This document shows, in pieces, positions 20,273 through 30,428 of a stretch of DNA of 64,000 nt. The DNA is from Desulfosoma sp. (GTDB lineage: Bacteria > Desulfobacterota > Syntrophobacteria > Syntrophobacterales > DSM-9756): positions 46,569 to 110,568 of the forward strand of contig JBBFKW010000004.1 in NCBI GenBank assembly GCA_037481835.1. Direction: 5' to 3'. A model generated the notes under the pieces. The model did not search any database. It was not told the origin of the DNA and saw only the letters and a list, made by a program, of their open reading frames with translations. Position 1 is the first letter of the stretch; the number at the start of each line of letters is the position of its first letter. The translations under genes and the position numbers were made by a program.

Positions 20273-20995
20273 CTAGTGGGCTTCTTCGATGGCCCCGGCA
20301 AAGTACATGGATGAGAGCAGGCAGAAGATGAAGGCCTGCACAAAACCCGTGAACAACCCCAGGAACATGATGGGCAGGGGTGCCAGGTACAGGCCGGCGA
20401 GGAAAAAGAGAATGGCCAAGACCAGCTCCTCCCCGAAGATGTTTCCGAAAAGACGGATGGACAGGCTGAGCACGCGGGCCGTGTGGCCGATGAGTTCAAT
20501 GGGGAAGATTAAAGGGGTCAGCCACCAAATGGGGCCCATGAAATGCTTGATGTACTTGATGCCATGGAATCGCACGCCGATGACATGGGTAAAGGTCACG
20601 ACGATCAAGGCGCAGGCGGCCGTCGTGTTGATGTTGGCCGTGGGGGCGAAGAAACCCGGAATCATGCCCATGTAGTTGCTGAGCAGGATGAAAAAGCCCA
20701 GGGTGGCAATGAGGGGAAAGGCGAAGCGGCCCTCCTCTCCGGTGATCCCCACCATGAAGTCTTCGATCCCCGTGATGACCATCTCGAAAAAGTTCTGGCC
20801 TCCCGACGGGACCAGCTCCAGGCGGCTCACGGCCAGCTTGGCCAAAATGAGCAAGACGGCGGCCACCACCCATGTGTAGACCACATGGGGCAGAAGCAGC
20901 TTTTGCAGGAAGGTGTGGGCCTCATCGGCACTGTGGACGATGGGAAGTCCCAGCTTTTCCAACAGAATGCTGAGAAACAAGACCGGATGTTCCAT
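20273..20995 (-). CDS. atpB: F0 ATP synthase subunit a
   Basis: [35 protein letters not shown]. Confidence 0.96.
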   Translation of the reverse strand: MEHPVLFLSILLEKLGLPIVHSADEAHTFLQKLLLPHVVYTWVVAAVLLILAKLAVSRLELVPSGGQNFFEMVITGIEDFMVGITGEEGRFAFPLIATLGFFILLSNYMGMIPGFFAPTANINTTAACALIVVTFTHVIGVRFHGIKYIKHFMGPIWWLTPLIFPIELIGHTARVLSLSIRLFGNIFGEELVLAILFFLAGLYLAPLPIMFLGLFTGFVQAFIFCLLSSMYFAGAIEEAH

Positions 20996-20998
20996 AGC

Positions 20999-21397
20999 TT
21001 ACCTCTCTCCCCTCATGACCATTTTCACGGCTTCCTCTATGGCCACCAGCACAATGCTGACCATCACCACCGACAATCCCGCCAGGAACGCCGGTGGATC
21101 CACCCACCCGTAGTAAAGCACCGTAAAGACCACAAACACGGTGCCCAGGAATCGAAGGTAGTACTTGACGAAGAGCACCCCCTTGGAAGGGACGCGGCCG
21201 GGATGTTGAAACGCCCGCCGCATTTGCCATTTCATCACCTGAAAGCTCACCGTAACGGTGGCCCCTCCCAGGAGCACCCCCAGAGCGTCACGTATGGAAA
21301 AGAACAAGGCGGCACCCAGCGCGGCACAAAAGAGAAGAATCACATTCACAAGCTGGATGCGCCGAATCAGCCTTTCATCGCTCAGCAGTGTCCCCAA
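20999..21397 (-). CDS. atpI: ATP synthase protein I
   Basis: 4 TM helices; directly upstream of atpB. Confidence 0.75.
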   Translation of the reverse strand: MGTLLSDERLIRRIQLVNVILLFCAALGAALFFSIRDALGVLLGGATVTVSFQVMKWQMRRAFQHPGRVPSKGVLFVKYYLRFLGTVFVVFTVLYYGWVDPPAFLAGLSVVMVSIVLVAIEEAVKMVMRGER

Positions 21398-21404
21398 GAG
21401 TCTC

Positions 21405-21638
21405 TTACGGCGTGCGCCGGTCCTCGCGCTGCTGCCTCCGCATGAACCGCACGTAGTTGCGAAAGCCCGCGATGATTCCCATGACCAAAAACACCAAGGT
21501 GAGCCATGGGAAGGTCCCGAAGTGGGAATCCAGCCAAAAGCCTATGGCAACGCCGATGAAAATGGCGAAAGCCACCGAAAATCCCAGGGTGCTCGCCAAA
21601 CCGACCTGTTTCAGGTATTTTTTCGTCTCTTCTTTCAT
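21405..21638 (-). CDS. atpZ: AtpZ/AtpI-family small membrane protein
   Basis: G.WLDSHFGTFPW...GIIAGFRN, 2 TM helices. Confidence 0.8.
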   Translation of the reverse strand: MKEETKKYLKQVGLASTLGFSVAFAIFIGVAIGFWLDSHFGTFPWLTLVFLVMGIIAGFRNYVRFMRRQQREDRRTP

Positions 21639-21646
21639 CGGCCACT

Positions 21647-21664
21647 TCGTGTAAAATATCACAG
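21647..21664. promoter_or_regulatory. Putative Rex operator of the atpZIBE operon
   Basis: TCGTGTAAAATATCACAG (GTG-N8 AT-rich-CAC) just upstream of the atpZ ATG and downstream of TTGACT-N16-TAGGTA. Confidence 0.6.
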
Positions 21665-21782
21665 ACTACCTAGCATAGGCCCCCACCCAAGTCAACGCAA
21701 TTTTTCGTCGGCCCCTGGGGCAGGCTCGACAACGCCACAGAAGCCCACACGGCGTGCCCGATTTTTTTCAGCGCGCTTCTCC

Positions 21783-23105
21783 TCATGACCGCAGGGCCTT
21801 GCCCCCACTGCACATTTCCTTGACGACCCGAAGGGATTCCAAGGCCGCCTCGGCGGTGCGATCCAGGTCTTCCCGGCTGTGAGCCGTGCTCAGGAAAAAG
21901 CTTTCGAATTGAGATGGGGCGAGGTAGACGCCGCGAGAGCGCATCTCCCGGAAAAAGACGGCGTAGGCGGTGGTGTCCGCCTTGAGGGCCGTTGCAAAAT
22001 CCGTGACCTTCGCATCGGTAAAGAAGGCTGTTCCCATGGATCCCACGCGGTTCAAAGTCACCGGCACTCCGGCGATCCGGGACGCTTCGCGCAAGGCGGC
22101 TTCCAAAGCCGCCCCTTTTTCTTCCAGCGATTCGTAAATCCCGGGGCCACCGAGTATGGTGAGGGTCGCCAAGCCTGCGGCCATGGCCAGAGGGTTTCCG
22201 GAAAGCGTCCCCGCCTGGTAGACATCTCCCAAGGGTGCCACCCTTTCCATGATCTCCCGCCGGCCGCCGTAGGCCCCCACGGGAAGGCCGCCACCAAGGA
22301 TCTTTCCCAAGCAGGTGAGGTCGGGGCGGACGCCGAACCGTTCCTGAGCCCCTCCGGGAGCGAGGCGAAATCCGGTGATGACTTCATCGAAGATAAGCAG
22401 GCTGCCGTAGGTGTCGCACAACCGCCGAAGTCCCGGTAGGAAATCGGGCTTGGGGATGACGGTTCCCATATTGCCTGCAACGGGCTCCACGATGATCCCG
22501 GCAACGGTTTCGCCGTGGGCTTTCATGACCGCCTCTACTGCGGCGAGATCATTATACGGAACCGACACGGTGTGGGCCACCACTTCGGGCGGCACGCCGG
22601 GACTTCCGGGAATGCCCAAGGTCGCCAGGCCTGACCCCCCTTTGACCAGGAGGCAGTCGCTATGGCCGTGGTAGCACCCGTCGAATTTGATGATTTTCGG
22701 CCGCCCCGTATAACCCCGGGCCAGCCGAACGGCGCTCATGGTTGCCTCCGTTCCCGAATTGACCATGCGGACCATATCCATGGACGGGACCATGGCCACC
22801 ACTTTTTCCGCGAGCTCCACTTCCAACCGGCAGGGAATGCCGTAGGACATGCCCTGGGTCGCCGCAAAGCGCACGGCTTGGACCACCTCGGGATGGGCAT
22901 GGCCGAGGATCATCGGCCCCCAGGAGCCCACGTAGTCGATGTAGACGCGGCCGTCTTCGTCTTCCAGCCGACACCCGGAGGCTTTCTTGACAAAAAAAGG
23001 GGAGGCGCCCACCGATCGGCAGGATCGTACCGGAGAGTTTACCCCGCCGGGGATGAGGCCCTGAGCGTGCCTGAAGAGCGTTTCCGAAATGGTGTTTTGT
23101 CCCAT
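21783..23105 (-). CDS. hemL: Glutamate-1-semialdehyde 2,1-aminomutase
   Basis: [41 protein letters not shown]. Confidence 0.97.
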   Translation of the reverse strand: MGQNTISETLFRHAQGLIPGGVNSPVRSCRSVGASPFFVKKASGCRLEDEDGRVYIDYVGSWGPMILGHAHPEVVQAVRFAATQGMSYGIPCRLEVELAEKVVAMVPSMDMVRMVNSGTEATMSAVRLARGYTGRPKIIKFDGCYHGHSDCLLVKGGSGLATLGIPGSPGVPPEVVAHTVSVPYNDLAAVEAVMKAHGETVAGIIVEPVAGNMGTVIPKPDFLPGLRRLCDTYGSLLIFDEVITGFRLAPGGAQERFGVRPDLTCLGKILGGGLPVGAYGGRREIMERVAPLGDVYQAGTLSGNPLAMAAGLATLTILGGPGIYESLEEKGAALEAALREASRIAGVPVTLNRVGSMGTAFFTDAKVTDFATALKADTTAYAVFFREMRSRGVYLAPSQFESFFLSTAHSREDLDRTAEAALESLRVVKEMCSGGKALRS

Positions 23106-23189
23106 GAGACCCCCTTTTGTCCTTTATCTTTCCGGTGCGGGAAAGCGGATCACAGGACCGCGGGGTTTCCAAACAGCCCCCCCGCGCCC

Positions 23190-24965
23190 TTAGTCTTCCC
23201 GCAGCTTCTGCATTTCCCTATGGTAGGCGTGCATGAGATCCTCCAAACGGAGCATCCCCACCACCCCCAAGTCCCTCTCTTCCACGGGGATTTGACCGTA
23301 GCCCGAAGCCAGGAATTTCATCAAGGCCTCGTAGAGGCTTTCATCCGGCGAAAGGCGCACCGGAGGCGAAGCGAGTTCACCGACCACGACAAGTTCCGCA
23401 ATGGAGTCTTCAAAGAGCACCGTGCGAATATCCTGGAGCGACAGAATCCCTTTGAGGTGGAATCGGTCGTCCACCACAGGGAAGAACGATTCCCGGGTGT
23501 GGACCATGAACCGCTTGAGTTCCCGAAAGGTCATGTCTTCGGGAAGGCTGGTGACGGGCAGGCTCGGATCGTAGGCATCCCGGACCTTCAAATCCTGCAG
23601 GACATTCATCACCATGTCGGTGCGGTGCGCCGGAGAATGGAACTTGTTCAAGACCTGTTTTTCATACAAGGCCCACCCGTGGGAGCACAACACGGCGATG
23701 ACGGAGGCGAACATCAGGGGCACCACGAGGCCGTATCCTCCGGTCATTTCGCACACCATGAGCAAGGCCCCGATGGGGGCCTTGGCCACCCCGGCGAAAA
23801 ACGCCCCCATTCCCACCAGGGCAAAAGCCCCGGGGTTTGCCACCCATTGAGGGAATAGCCCGTAGGACACCTGCCCCACGGCGCCCCCCAGCATGGCGCC
23901 GATGAAAAGGGACGGGCCGAACACGCCGCCGCTGCCTCCCGAGGAAATGGTAAAGGACGTGGCAAAGATTTTAAGCACGGCGAGGCTGAGCATTAGGGTC
24001 ACAGACAACTGCCCGAACAGGGCTTTTTGAATGGTCCCGTAGCCGCCGCTCATGACCTCAGGCCTCCAGTAGGCGATCAGGCCCACCATGAGGCCCCCGA
24101 CCGAGGGAATCAAAGCCTTTTTCAAGGGCAGCCGGCGAAAGAAATAGTCGCGCATCCCGTAGAAGATCTTCACGTAGGCAAATCCGAAAGGGACGCAGAC
24201 CAGGCCGAGAGCGGCATAGAACAGAAGTTCCACGGGATTGGCGAAATGAATGGGGGGAATGTCGAAGATGGGTCTTTGCCCGAAAATACTAATAAAAATG
24301 GCATTGGCGATGACGGACGACATAATACACAGGATAATGCCTTCCGTCTCGAAATCCTCTCGATAGAGCACTTCAATCGCTGTGAGCGCTCCGCCTAGGG
24401 GGGCCCGGAAAATGGCACCCAGCCCCGCAGCGCACCCGGCCAGGAGCATGAGCCGCCGTTCCCGCACGCTCATTTGGAGGAACCGGGCCACCCACGAGCC
24501 GAAGCCCGCTCCGATTTGGGCGATGGGCCCCTCACGCCCGGCGCTGCCCCCTGTGGACAGGGTGATGATGGAGGCGATCCCCTTCACGTAGGGCACACGC
24601 GTGCGGATAATGCCGTTTTTGTTGTGGAAGGCGTCAATGAGGGCGTCCGTGCCGTGCCCTTCGGCTTCCGGTGCATAGCGGTACACTAAGAAACCCGAAA
24701 GGAGCCCCCCGAAAGCGGGGAGGAAAAGGAGCATCCAACGGCGGAAAACGCTCGAGCCCTCCAATGACACCAGGTGTTCCCCGCCGGGCTTGGTGAGCGG
24801 GTACCCCGCCAAATACTCCAAGAAAAAATACTTGCCCCACTCCAGCAGGACGAAAAACAAGCAGGCCCCCAGGCCGCTGACCACCCCCACGACCACGCTG
24901 TAAAGAACCCAGCGCAGAGTCTTGTTGCGCTCCAGAGCACCCCGCATCCCAGCCAGTCGTATCAC
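23190..24965 (-). CDS. CLC-family chloride channel/antiporter with C-terminal CBS pair
   Basis: GREGP, GAIFRAP, GGSGGVFGP, MVCEMTGGY; CBS motifs FPVVD and IPVE. Confidence 0.92.
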   Translation of the reverse strand: MIRLAGMRGALERNKTLRWVLYSVVVGVVSGLGACLFFVLLEWGKYFFLEYLAGYPLTKPGGEHLVSLEGSSVFRRWMLLFLPAFGGLLSGFLVYRYAPEAEGHGTDALIDAFHNKNGIIRTRVPYVKGIASIITLSTGGSAGREGPIAQIGAGFGSWVARFLQMSVRERRLMLLAGCAAGLGAIFRAPLGGALTAIEVLYREDFETEGIILCIMSSVIANAIFISIFGQRPIFDIPPIHFANPVELLFYAALGLVCVPFGFAYVKIFYGMRDYFFRRLPLKKALIPSVGGLMVGLIAYWRPEVMSGGYGTIQKALFGQLSVTLMLSLAVLKIFATSFTISSGGSGGVFGPSLFIGAMLGGAVGQVSYGLFPQWVANPGAFALVGMGAFFAGVAKAPIGALLMVCEMTGGYGLVVPLMFASVIAVLCSHGWALYEKQVLNKFHSPAHRTDMVMNVLQDLKVRDAYDPSLPVTSLPEDMTFRELKRFMVHTRESFFPVVDDRFHLKGILSLQDIRTVLFEDSIAELVVVGELASPPVRLSPDESLYEALMKFLASGYGQIPVEERDLGVVGMLRLEDLMHAYHREMQKLRED

Positions 24966-25065
24966 GGAATCTTCATGCTCCCCAGGAGGCTCGACCGCTC
25001 AACTCGCCCGACACTGTTCGCTGTCTTCCACATCCGGGCTGATGGGCGGGCACAACGCCCTTCGG

Positions 25066-26622
25066 TCAGTTTTCTTCCAGCGTGATTTCATATTGTTCCA
25101 AATGAAAGCTCCGCTCGCCCTGGACATGGAAACACGCATGAAGGGCTTCTTCCAGTCTTTCCAGGGATGCCCGTTCTTCGTCCAGAAGCCTGGCCGCCAC
25201 GTGGGGGTGAACTTGAATGAGGACGTTTCGGCCGAAGAGCTCCCGCTGTTCCCTTTGGATTTCCCGAAGGATTTCATAGCACAGGGTTTGGGTGGATTTG
25301 AGCTGCCCGTGGCCTTCGCAGTAGAAACAGGGTTCGCAGAGGGTTCTTCCGATGCTTTCGCGCGTCCGCTTTCGCGTCATCTCGATGAGGCCCAGTTCGG
25401 ACATGCGCAGAATGTTGGTCTTGCTCTTATCCTTTCGGACCGCCTCCTTGAGGGCGTTAAAGACCTTTTCCCGGTTGGCTTCCTTTTCCATGTCGATAAA
25501 ATCGATGATGATAATGCCGCCGATGTTGCGCAACCGGAGCTGGCAGGCGATTTCTTTGACCGCTTCCAGGTTGGTCTTGAGAATGGTTTCTTCCAGATTG
25601 CGTTTGCCCACGTATCGGCCCGTATTCACGTCGATGGCCGTGAGGGCTTCCGTCGTTTCGATAACGATATAGCCGCCGGACTTGAGCCACACCTTCTTGC
25701 TCAGCGCGCGCTGGACTTCCATTTCAATGCCGTAGGCGTCAAAGATGGGTTCGCTCCCTTCGTAGAGTTCCACGCCGTTTTTCAACGACGGCAGAAAGGT
25801 TTCCGTAAATTGCAGGACCTTTCGGTACTCCTGGGGATTGTCGATGATGAGCCGGTCCACTTCTTTGGTGAAAAGATCCCGAACGGCCCGCAGCGTGATA
25901 TCCAAATCCCGATACACCAGGGACGGCACCGCTGCGGTTTCCGCCCGGCGCTGAATGTTCTGCCACAACTTCAGGAGAAACTCCATTTCCGCCTGGATCT
26001 TTTCCGGGTCTTCCCCTTCGGCCGCCGTGCGCACGATAAAGCCGCAGTGGGCCGGCTTGATTTCCAGGACCAAGTCCCTGAGCCGTTTGCGTTCTTTTTC
26101 GTCTTCGATGCGCCGTGACACCCCCACGTGGTCCATGAGGGGCATCAAAACGAGGTTGCGACCCGGCAAGGTCACATGGGTCGTGATTCTCGCCCCTTTG
26201 TTGCCAAGGGGTTCTTTGGCCACCTGCACCAAGATCTCCTGGCCTTCCCGCAGCCTGTCTTCAATGGGCACATCGACCAGTTCTCTGTCATCCAAAGAGG
26301 ATTCGGATGAGTCGGCATCTTGGAAAGGAGCCGTCCCCTGATTTTCTTCCAGGCCGGATCCGGAGTCTTGAAAGATCTGATCCATTTCCATCAAAGGATG
26401 ATGGACATCGCTCACATAGAGAAAGGCCGCCTTTTCCAACCCGATGTCCACGAAGGCCGCCTGCATACCGGGAAGCACTCGAACGACCCTTCCTTTATAG
26501 ATGTTGCCGGCAATGCCTTCATCGGAAGCCCTTTCGATATAGAGCTCGGCCACCTGGCCGTTTTCGACGAGGGCCACACGGGTTTCGTAAAAATCCGCGT
26601 TGATGATCAATTCCGAAGCCAT
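25066..26622 (-). CDS. rng: Ribonuclease G/E family
   Basis: GNIYKGRV, GMQAAFVDIG, IDVNTG, GGIIIIDFIDM. Confidence 0.95.
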   Translation of the reverse strand: MASELIINADFYETRVALVENGQVAELYIERASDEGIAGNIYKGRVVRVLPGMQAAFVDIGLEKAAFLYVSDVHHPLMEMDQIFQDSGSGLEENQGTAPFQDADSSESSLDDRELVDVPIEDRLREGQEILVQVAKEPLGNKGARITTHVTLPGRNLVLMPLMDHVGVSRRIEDEKERKRLRDLVLEIKPAHCGFIVRTAAEGEDPEKIQAEMEFLLKLWQNIQRRAETAAVPSLVYRDLDITLRAVRDLFTKEVDRLIIDNPQEYRKVLQFTETFLPSLKNGVELYEGSEPIFDAYGIEMEVQRALSKKVWLKSGGYIVIETTEALTAIDVNTGRYVGKRNLEETILKTNLEAVKEIACQLRLRNIGGIIIIDFIDMEKEANREKVFNALKEAVRKDKSKTNILRMSELGLIEMTRKRTRESIGRTLCEPCFYCEGHGQLKSTQTLCYEILREIQREQRELFGRNVLIQVHPHVAARLLDEERASLERLEEALHACFHVQGERSFHLEQYEITLEEN

Positions 26623-26625
26623 GGT

Positions 26626-29241
26626 CTATTCCTCGAAAGGCACCACGGAAACCTTGCACACGCGGCATGCCCCTAGGGCCTGGGACGCATCGGGCAGCAG
26701 CAGTTCCAGGAAGCTCTGGGGACGAAAACGAGCCTGGGGGCTTTCCACCAGCTCCATAGCCACACCCGTGGGGTCGATCCGGCGCACGGAAAGGAGCACA
26801 TCGGCGCAGCGGGCTTCAATGTGCCCTCTTTTGGTCTTTTTGCTCACGAGGCGATCCGCGTACAGGGCATGGCGTGTCATGATAGCTTCCGCCATTTCTT
26901 CGGTCAAACCCGAAACGTGATAAGTCACCCGAAGGACGGACGGTTTTGCCGCCCCGGCAGCCAGGCGCTTTACGCCACACACACGAAGCCCCGCGGGTAA
27001 CTCCCTGTTGAGCCGATCCTGGATTTCCGAAGCCTCCAAGGCTTCTTCCAGCTGGATTTCCGCGTGCTCCGCTTCGCTTTCCATCCCCACGGGCAACGCT
27101 TCGCAAAAGGAAATCTTGGGATGGGGATGGAAGCCTTGGCTGAAGATTACGGGAAGACCCGATCTTCGGACCGCCCTTTCCATGATACGGCTCACTTCCA
27201 ACTGACCGTAGAAGCGGGCTTGATCCTTTTTGGCGAAACGGATTTCGTAGGTGTAGAGCGGCCCGTGGAAACCGCCGGGGGCATTCGGTTCCGGAATCGA
27301 ACACGCCTCGGCCAGCGGTTCCTCGTGAAGACGCGGTGCGACGGTTTCGCCGTCACAGGCGCCGCATCCCGAGCACGGTTCCCAGCGGCAATCCCCCGTC
27401 CGGGCATACGCCAAGGCTTTTTGCCATTCGTCCCAAAGATAAGATTTCCGCACTCCCGCACTCAGGTGATCCCACGGCAGCGGGTCATCTTTGTCATAGG
27501 CGCGCTGTGCCTCGGCATCGGCCGAAAGGCCGTGTTCGGCAAAGGCCTCGTCCCACAGGTGGCGCTGAAAGTGTTCTTCCCAGGCATCGAATCGCGCCCC
27601 CTTGCGCCACGCTGACGCCAGCACGGCGGCCAGGCGCCGGTCTCCTCGCGCCAAAGCCGCTTCCAGGACGCTCAAATCCGGACCGTGCCATTTAAAACGA
27701 ATCCCAGGGTGTCTTAAACGTTCCTTGAGAAAATCCAACCGCACGACCATTTCTTCTCTGGGGATCTGGCCCGTCCATTGAAAAGGCGTCATGGGCTTGG
27801 GGACGAACGTGGAGACGGCCACGTTGACGCCGGCCCGATGAGGTTTTCCCAGGCGCCAGACCTTCATGGACAAGGCCGCGATCTCTTCCACGTCGTCCAG
27901 AGTTTCGGTGGGCAGCCCCATCATGAAATAGAGTTTGATGCCCTTCCACCCGAGGGCATAGGCATCTCGCACCGTCTGAAACAGGTCTTCGTCCTCGATG
28001 TTCTTGTTGATCAGCCTTCTCAGCCGCACACTGCCCGCTTCCGGGGCCACCGTAAAGCCGGTCTTACGCACCCGGCGGATGCATTCCATGAGATCCTGGG
28101 AAAGGGTCCCCACCCTCATGGACGGCAAGGAAACGGCCACCCGTCGGGACGCCATCTCCCCCATCACGGCCCCCAGCAACCATCCCAGCCGGCAGTAATC
28201 CCCGGTGCTCAGGGAAAGGAGCGACACCTCTTCAAAGCCCGTCTCCAGAACGGCCCGGCACGCCTTGTCCACAAGGGTTTTCGGGTGCCGCTCCCGCACC
28301 GGCCTATAGACAAACCCCGCTTGGCAGAACCGACACCCCCGGGTGCACCCCCGGGCGATTTCCAGACCCAAACGGTCGTGAACAATTTGCACCAGGGGAA
28401 CCAGAGGACGGTCCGGGAGCGGGCTTTCCCGGTCCAGGTCCGAAAGGACCCTTTTTCTCACCCCTGTGTAGTCGGCGTAGAGCGGTTCCAGTCCTTCGAA
28501 TCGGCCTCTCCCATCGTAGCGGGCTTGGAAAAAGGACGGCACGTACACCCCGGGGATCGTCCGCGCCTTTTCCAAGAATTCGCGTCGAGAACCGCCGCAT
28601 GCGCGCCAATCCCTGTAGGCCGCCGTCAAGTCCGCCAAGACCTGTTCTCCTTCGCCCAAAACAACGAGGTCGAAGAAAGGGGCCAGAGGTTCCGGATTGT
28701 AGGCGCAGGGGCCTCCCGCGATCACGAAAGGGTCGGACTCACGCCGGTCTTGGCTGTAAAGCGGAATTCCGGCCAGATCCAGCATGGTGAGGATATTCGT
28801 GTAGCTCAACTCATACTGAAGGCTGAACCCCACAAAGGCAAACGCCCTGAGGGGGCGCCGGCTTTCCAGGGCGAAAAGCGGGCGGCGGCTCTCTCTTAGA
28901 CGCCGCTCGAAATCGGGCCAGGGGGCGTAGACCCGATCCGCCAGGACACCGTCCAAGTCGTTGAGTCGATGGTAAAGGAGCTGGAGACCCAGGTGGCTCA
29001 TCCCCACTTCGTACACATCGGGAAAAGCCAGGGCGTAGCGCACGTCCGCGTCATGAAAGTCTTTTCGGCGGGCATGGATTTCCCCCCCCAGGTACCGACC
29101 GGGCCGGGCGATGTCTCTAAGAAGCGACTCCAGCACGACCTCCGGCACGGGGGCGAAATCGGTCAAGGCCTCTCGGACTGTCCTTGGGGCCTCCGGGTCG
29201 CAGGGCCCGGAGACGGCACCGAGGTTGCTTCGAACATTCAT
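26626..29241 (-). CDS. Radical SAM protein (TIGR03960-like) fused to a C-terminal radical-SAM-linked domain (TIGR03936/DUF2344-like)
   Basis: FPDVYEVGMSHLG, RGCTRGCRFCQAG, APEAGS; C-terminal FSQGFHPHPKISF. Confidence 0.85.
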   Translation of the reverse strand: MNVRSNLGAVSGPCDPEAPRTVREALTDFAPVPEVVLESLLRDIARPGRYLGGEIHARRKDFHDADVRYALAFPDVYEVGMSHLGLQLLYHRLNDLDGVLADRVYAPWPDFERRLRESRRPLFALESRRPLRAFAFVGFSLQYELSYTNILTMLDLAGIPLYSQDRRESDPFVIAGGPCAYNPEPLAPFFDLVVLGEGEQVLADLTAAYRDWRACGGSRREFLEKARTIPGVYVPSFFQARYDGRGRFEGLEPLYADYTGVRKRVLSDLDRESPLPDRPLVPLVQIVHDRLGLEIARGCTRGCRFCQAGFVYRPVRERHPKTLVDKACRAVLETGFEEVSLLSLSTGDYCRLGWLLGAVMGEMASRRVAVSLPSMRVGTLSQDLMECIRRVRKTGFTVAPEAGSVRLRRLINKNIEDEDLFQTVRDAYALGWKGIKLYFMMGLPTETLDDVEEIAALSMKVWRLGKPHRAGVNVAVSTFVPKPMTPFQWTGQIPREEMVVRLDFLKERLRHPGIRFKWHGPDLSVLEAALARGDRRLAAVLASAWRKGARFDAWEEHFQRHLWDEAFAEHGLSADAEAQRAYDKDDPLPWDHLSAGVRKSYLWDEWQKALAYARTGDCRWEPCSGCGACDGETVAPRLHEEPLAEACSIPEPNAPGGFHGPLYTYEIRFAKKDQARFYGQLEVSRIMERAVRRSGLPVIFSQGFHPHPKISFCEALPVGMESEAEHAEIQLEEALEASEIQDRLNRELPAGLRVCGVKRLAAGAAKPSVLRVTYHVSGLTEEMAEAIMTRHALYADRLVSKKTKRGHIEARCADVLLSVRRIDPTGVAMELVESPQARFRPQSFLELLLPDASQALGACRVCKVSVVPFEE

Positions 29242-30428
29242 TGGGCCCCTCGAGACGAAGCCCGGGCGGCATAGAGGGGCGACATGGCCCGAAGTCGGGA
29301 GACCACCGCTTGGAGGGTTTCCACGGCATGGGCGACTTCCTCTTCGGTGTTGTCCTCATCCAGAGTGAAGAGCAAGGTCCCAAACGCCCCATCCCCCAAA
29401 AGGCCCATGGCCTCCAGGACGTGAGACGCCTTGGCCGTGATGGACATGCACGCCGAAGCGCCGGCGACGCAAATCCCCCGCAGATCCATGTGCAAAAGCA
29501 AAGCTTCCCCTTCCACGTACCGAACGGACACATTGACGAGGCCCGGCAGATGCCTTTCCGGATGGCCATTAAACCGCACGTCCTCGATCGTTTCGGCAAT
29601 GCGCTCCCGAAGCATCTTTTCCAACCGCGCGCACCGCTCCATCTTCGCGGGAAGCCTTTTGCGGATGCGTTCTGCGGCGGCGCCCAAGCCCACGATACCG
29701 GGGACGTTTTCCGTGCCGGTCCGGCGCCCGTCTTCCTGGCCGCCTCCGTGGAAAAGCGGCCACAAAGACACGCCCTTTCGGCAATACAGGGCCCCGGCGC
29801 CCTTGGGGCCGTTGAACTGGTTCGCGGCAAGACTCAAAAGATCCACGCCCAGATCCTTCACATCCACGGGGATGCGCCCCACCGAGGCGATGGCGTCCGT
29901 GTGGAGAAGAGCTCCCTGCTCGTGGACCACGGCGGCGACGTCCCCCAGAGGTTGGATGGTCCCCACTTCGTTGTTGGCGTGCATGATGGACACCAGCACC
30001 GTATCGGGCCGCATGGCCTTTTCCACATCCGCAGGATCCACCACGCCGTGCTCGTCCACAGGGACCAGGGTCACGGTGAATCCGAATTTCTCCAGAGCCT
30101 TCGCCGCATAAAGGACCGAATAGTGTTCCACGGCCGAAACGACGATGTGGCGCCCGTCGTGCATCCGATGGAAGGCGACGCCCTTAACGGCCAAATTGTT
30201 GGCTTCCGTCCCGCCGGACGTGAAAATGATTTCTTCGGGTTCGGCCCCGATGAGTGCCGCCGTTTGGGCGCGGGCTTTAAAAATGGCGTCCTGGGGCGCC
30301 TCGCCCAGATGATGGATGCTGGCGGGATTGCCGTAGTGCTCCGTGAGAAAAGGCGTCATTGCCTGGAACACCTCGGGAGCCAGAGGCGTTCCCGCAATGT
30401 GGTCCATGTAAATTCTTCGGCCCTCCAT
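29238..30428 (-). CDS. Cysteine desulfurase (IscS/NifS) homolog with the PLP lysine replaced by Gln
   Basis: YGNPAS, FTSGGTEANN, EHYSV, ANNEVG, RTGTEN, ASAC; SxHK motif reads AANQ. Confidence 0.85.
   Translation of the reverse strand: MEGRRIYMDHIAGTPLAPEVFQAMTPFLTEHYGNPASIHHLGEAPQDAIFKARAQTAALIGAEPEEIIFTSGGTEANNLAVKGVAFHRMHDGRHIVVSAVEHYSVLYAAKALEKFGFTVTLVPVDEHGVVDPADVEKAMRPDTVLVSIMHANNEVGTIQPLGDVAAVVHEQGALLHTDAIASVGRIPVDVKDLGVDLLSLAANQFNGPKGAGALYCRKGVSLWPLFHGGGQEDGRRTGTENVPGIVGLGAAAERIRKRLPAKMERCARLEKMLRERIAETIEDVRFNGHPERHLPGLVNVSVRYVEGEALLLHMDLRGICVAGASACMSITAKASHVLEAMGLLGDGAFGTLLFTLDEDNTEEEVAHAVETLQAVVSRLRAMSPLYAARASSRGAQ

Noticed and set aside
24966..25065. Fluoride riboswitch before the CLC gene
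   Set aside because: No GGCGATGG...CTGATG core in the gene's orientation, and the CLC lacks fluoride-type motifs
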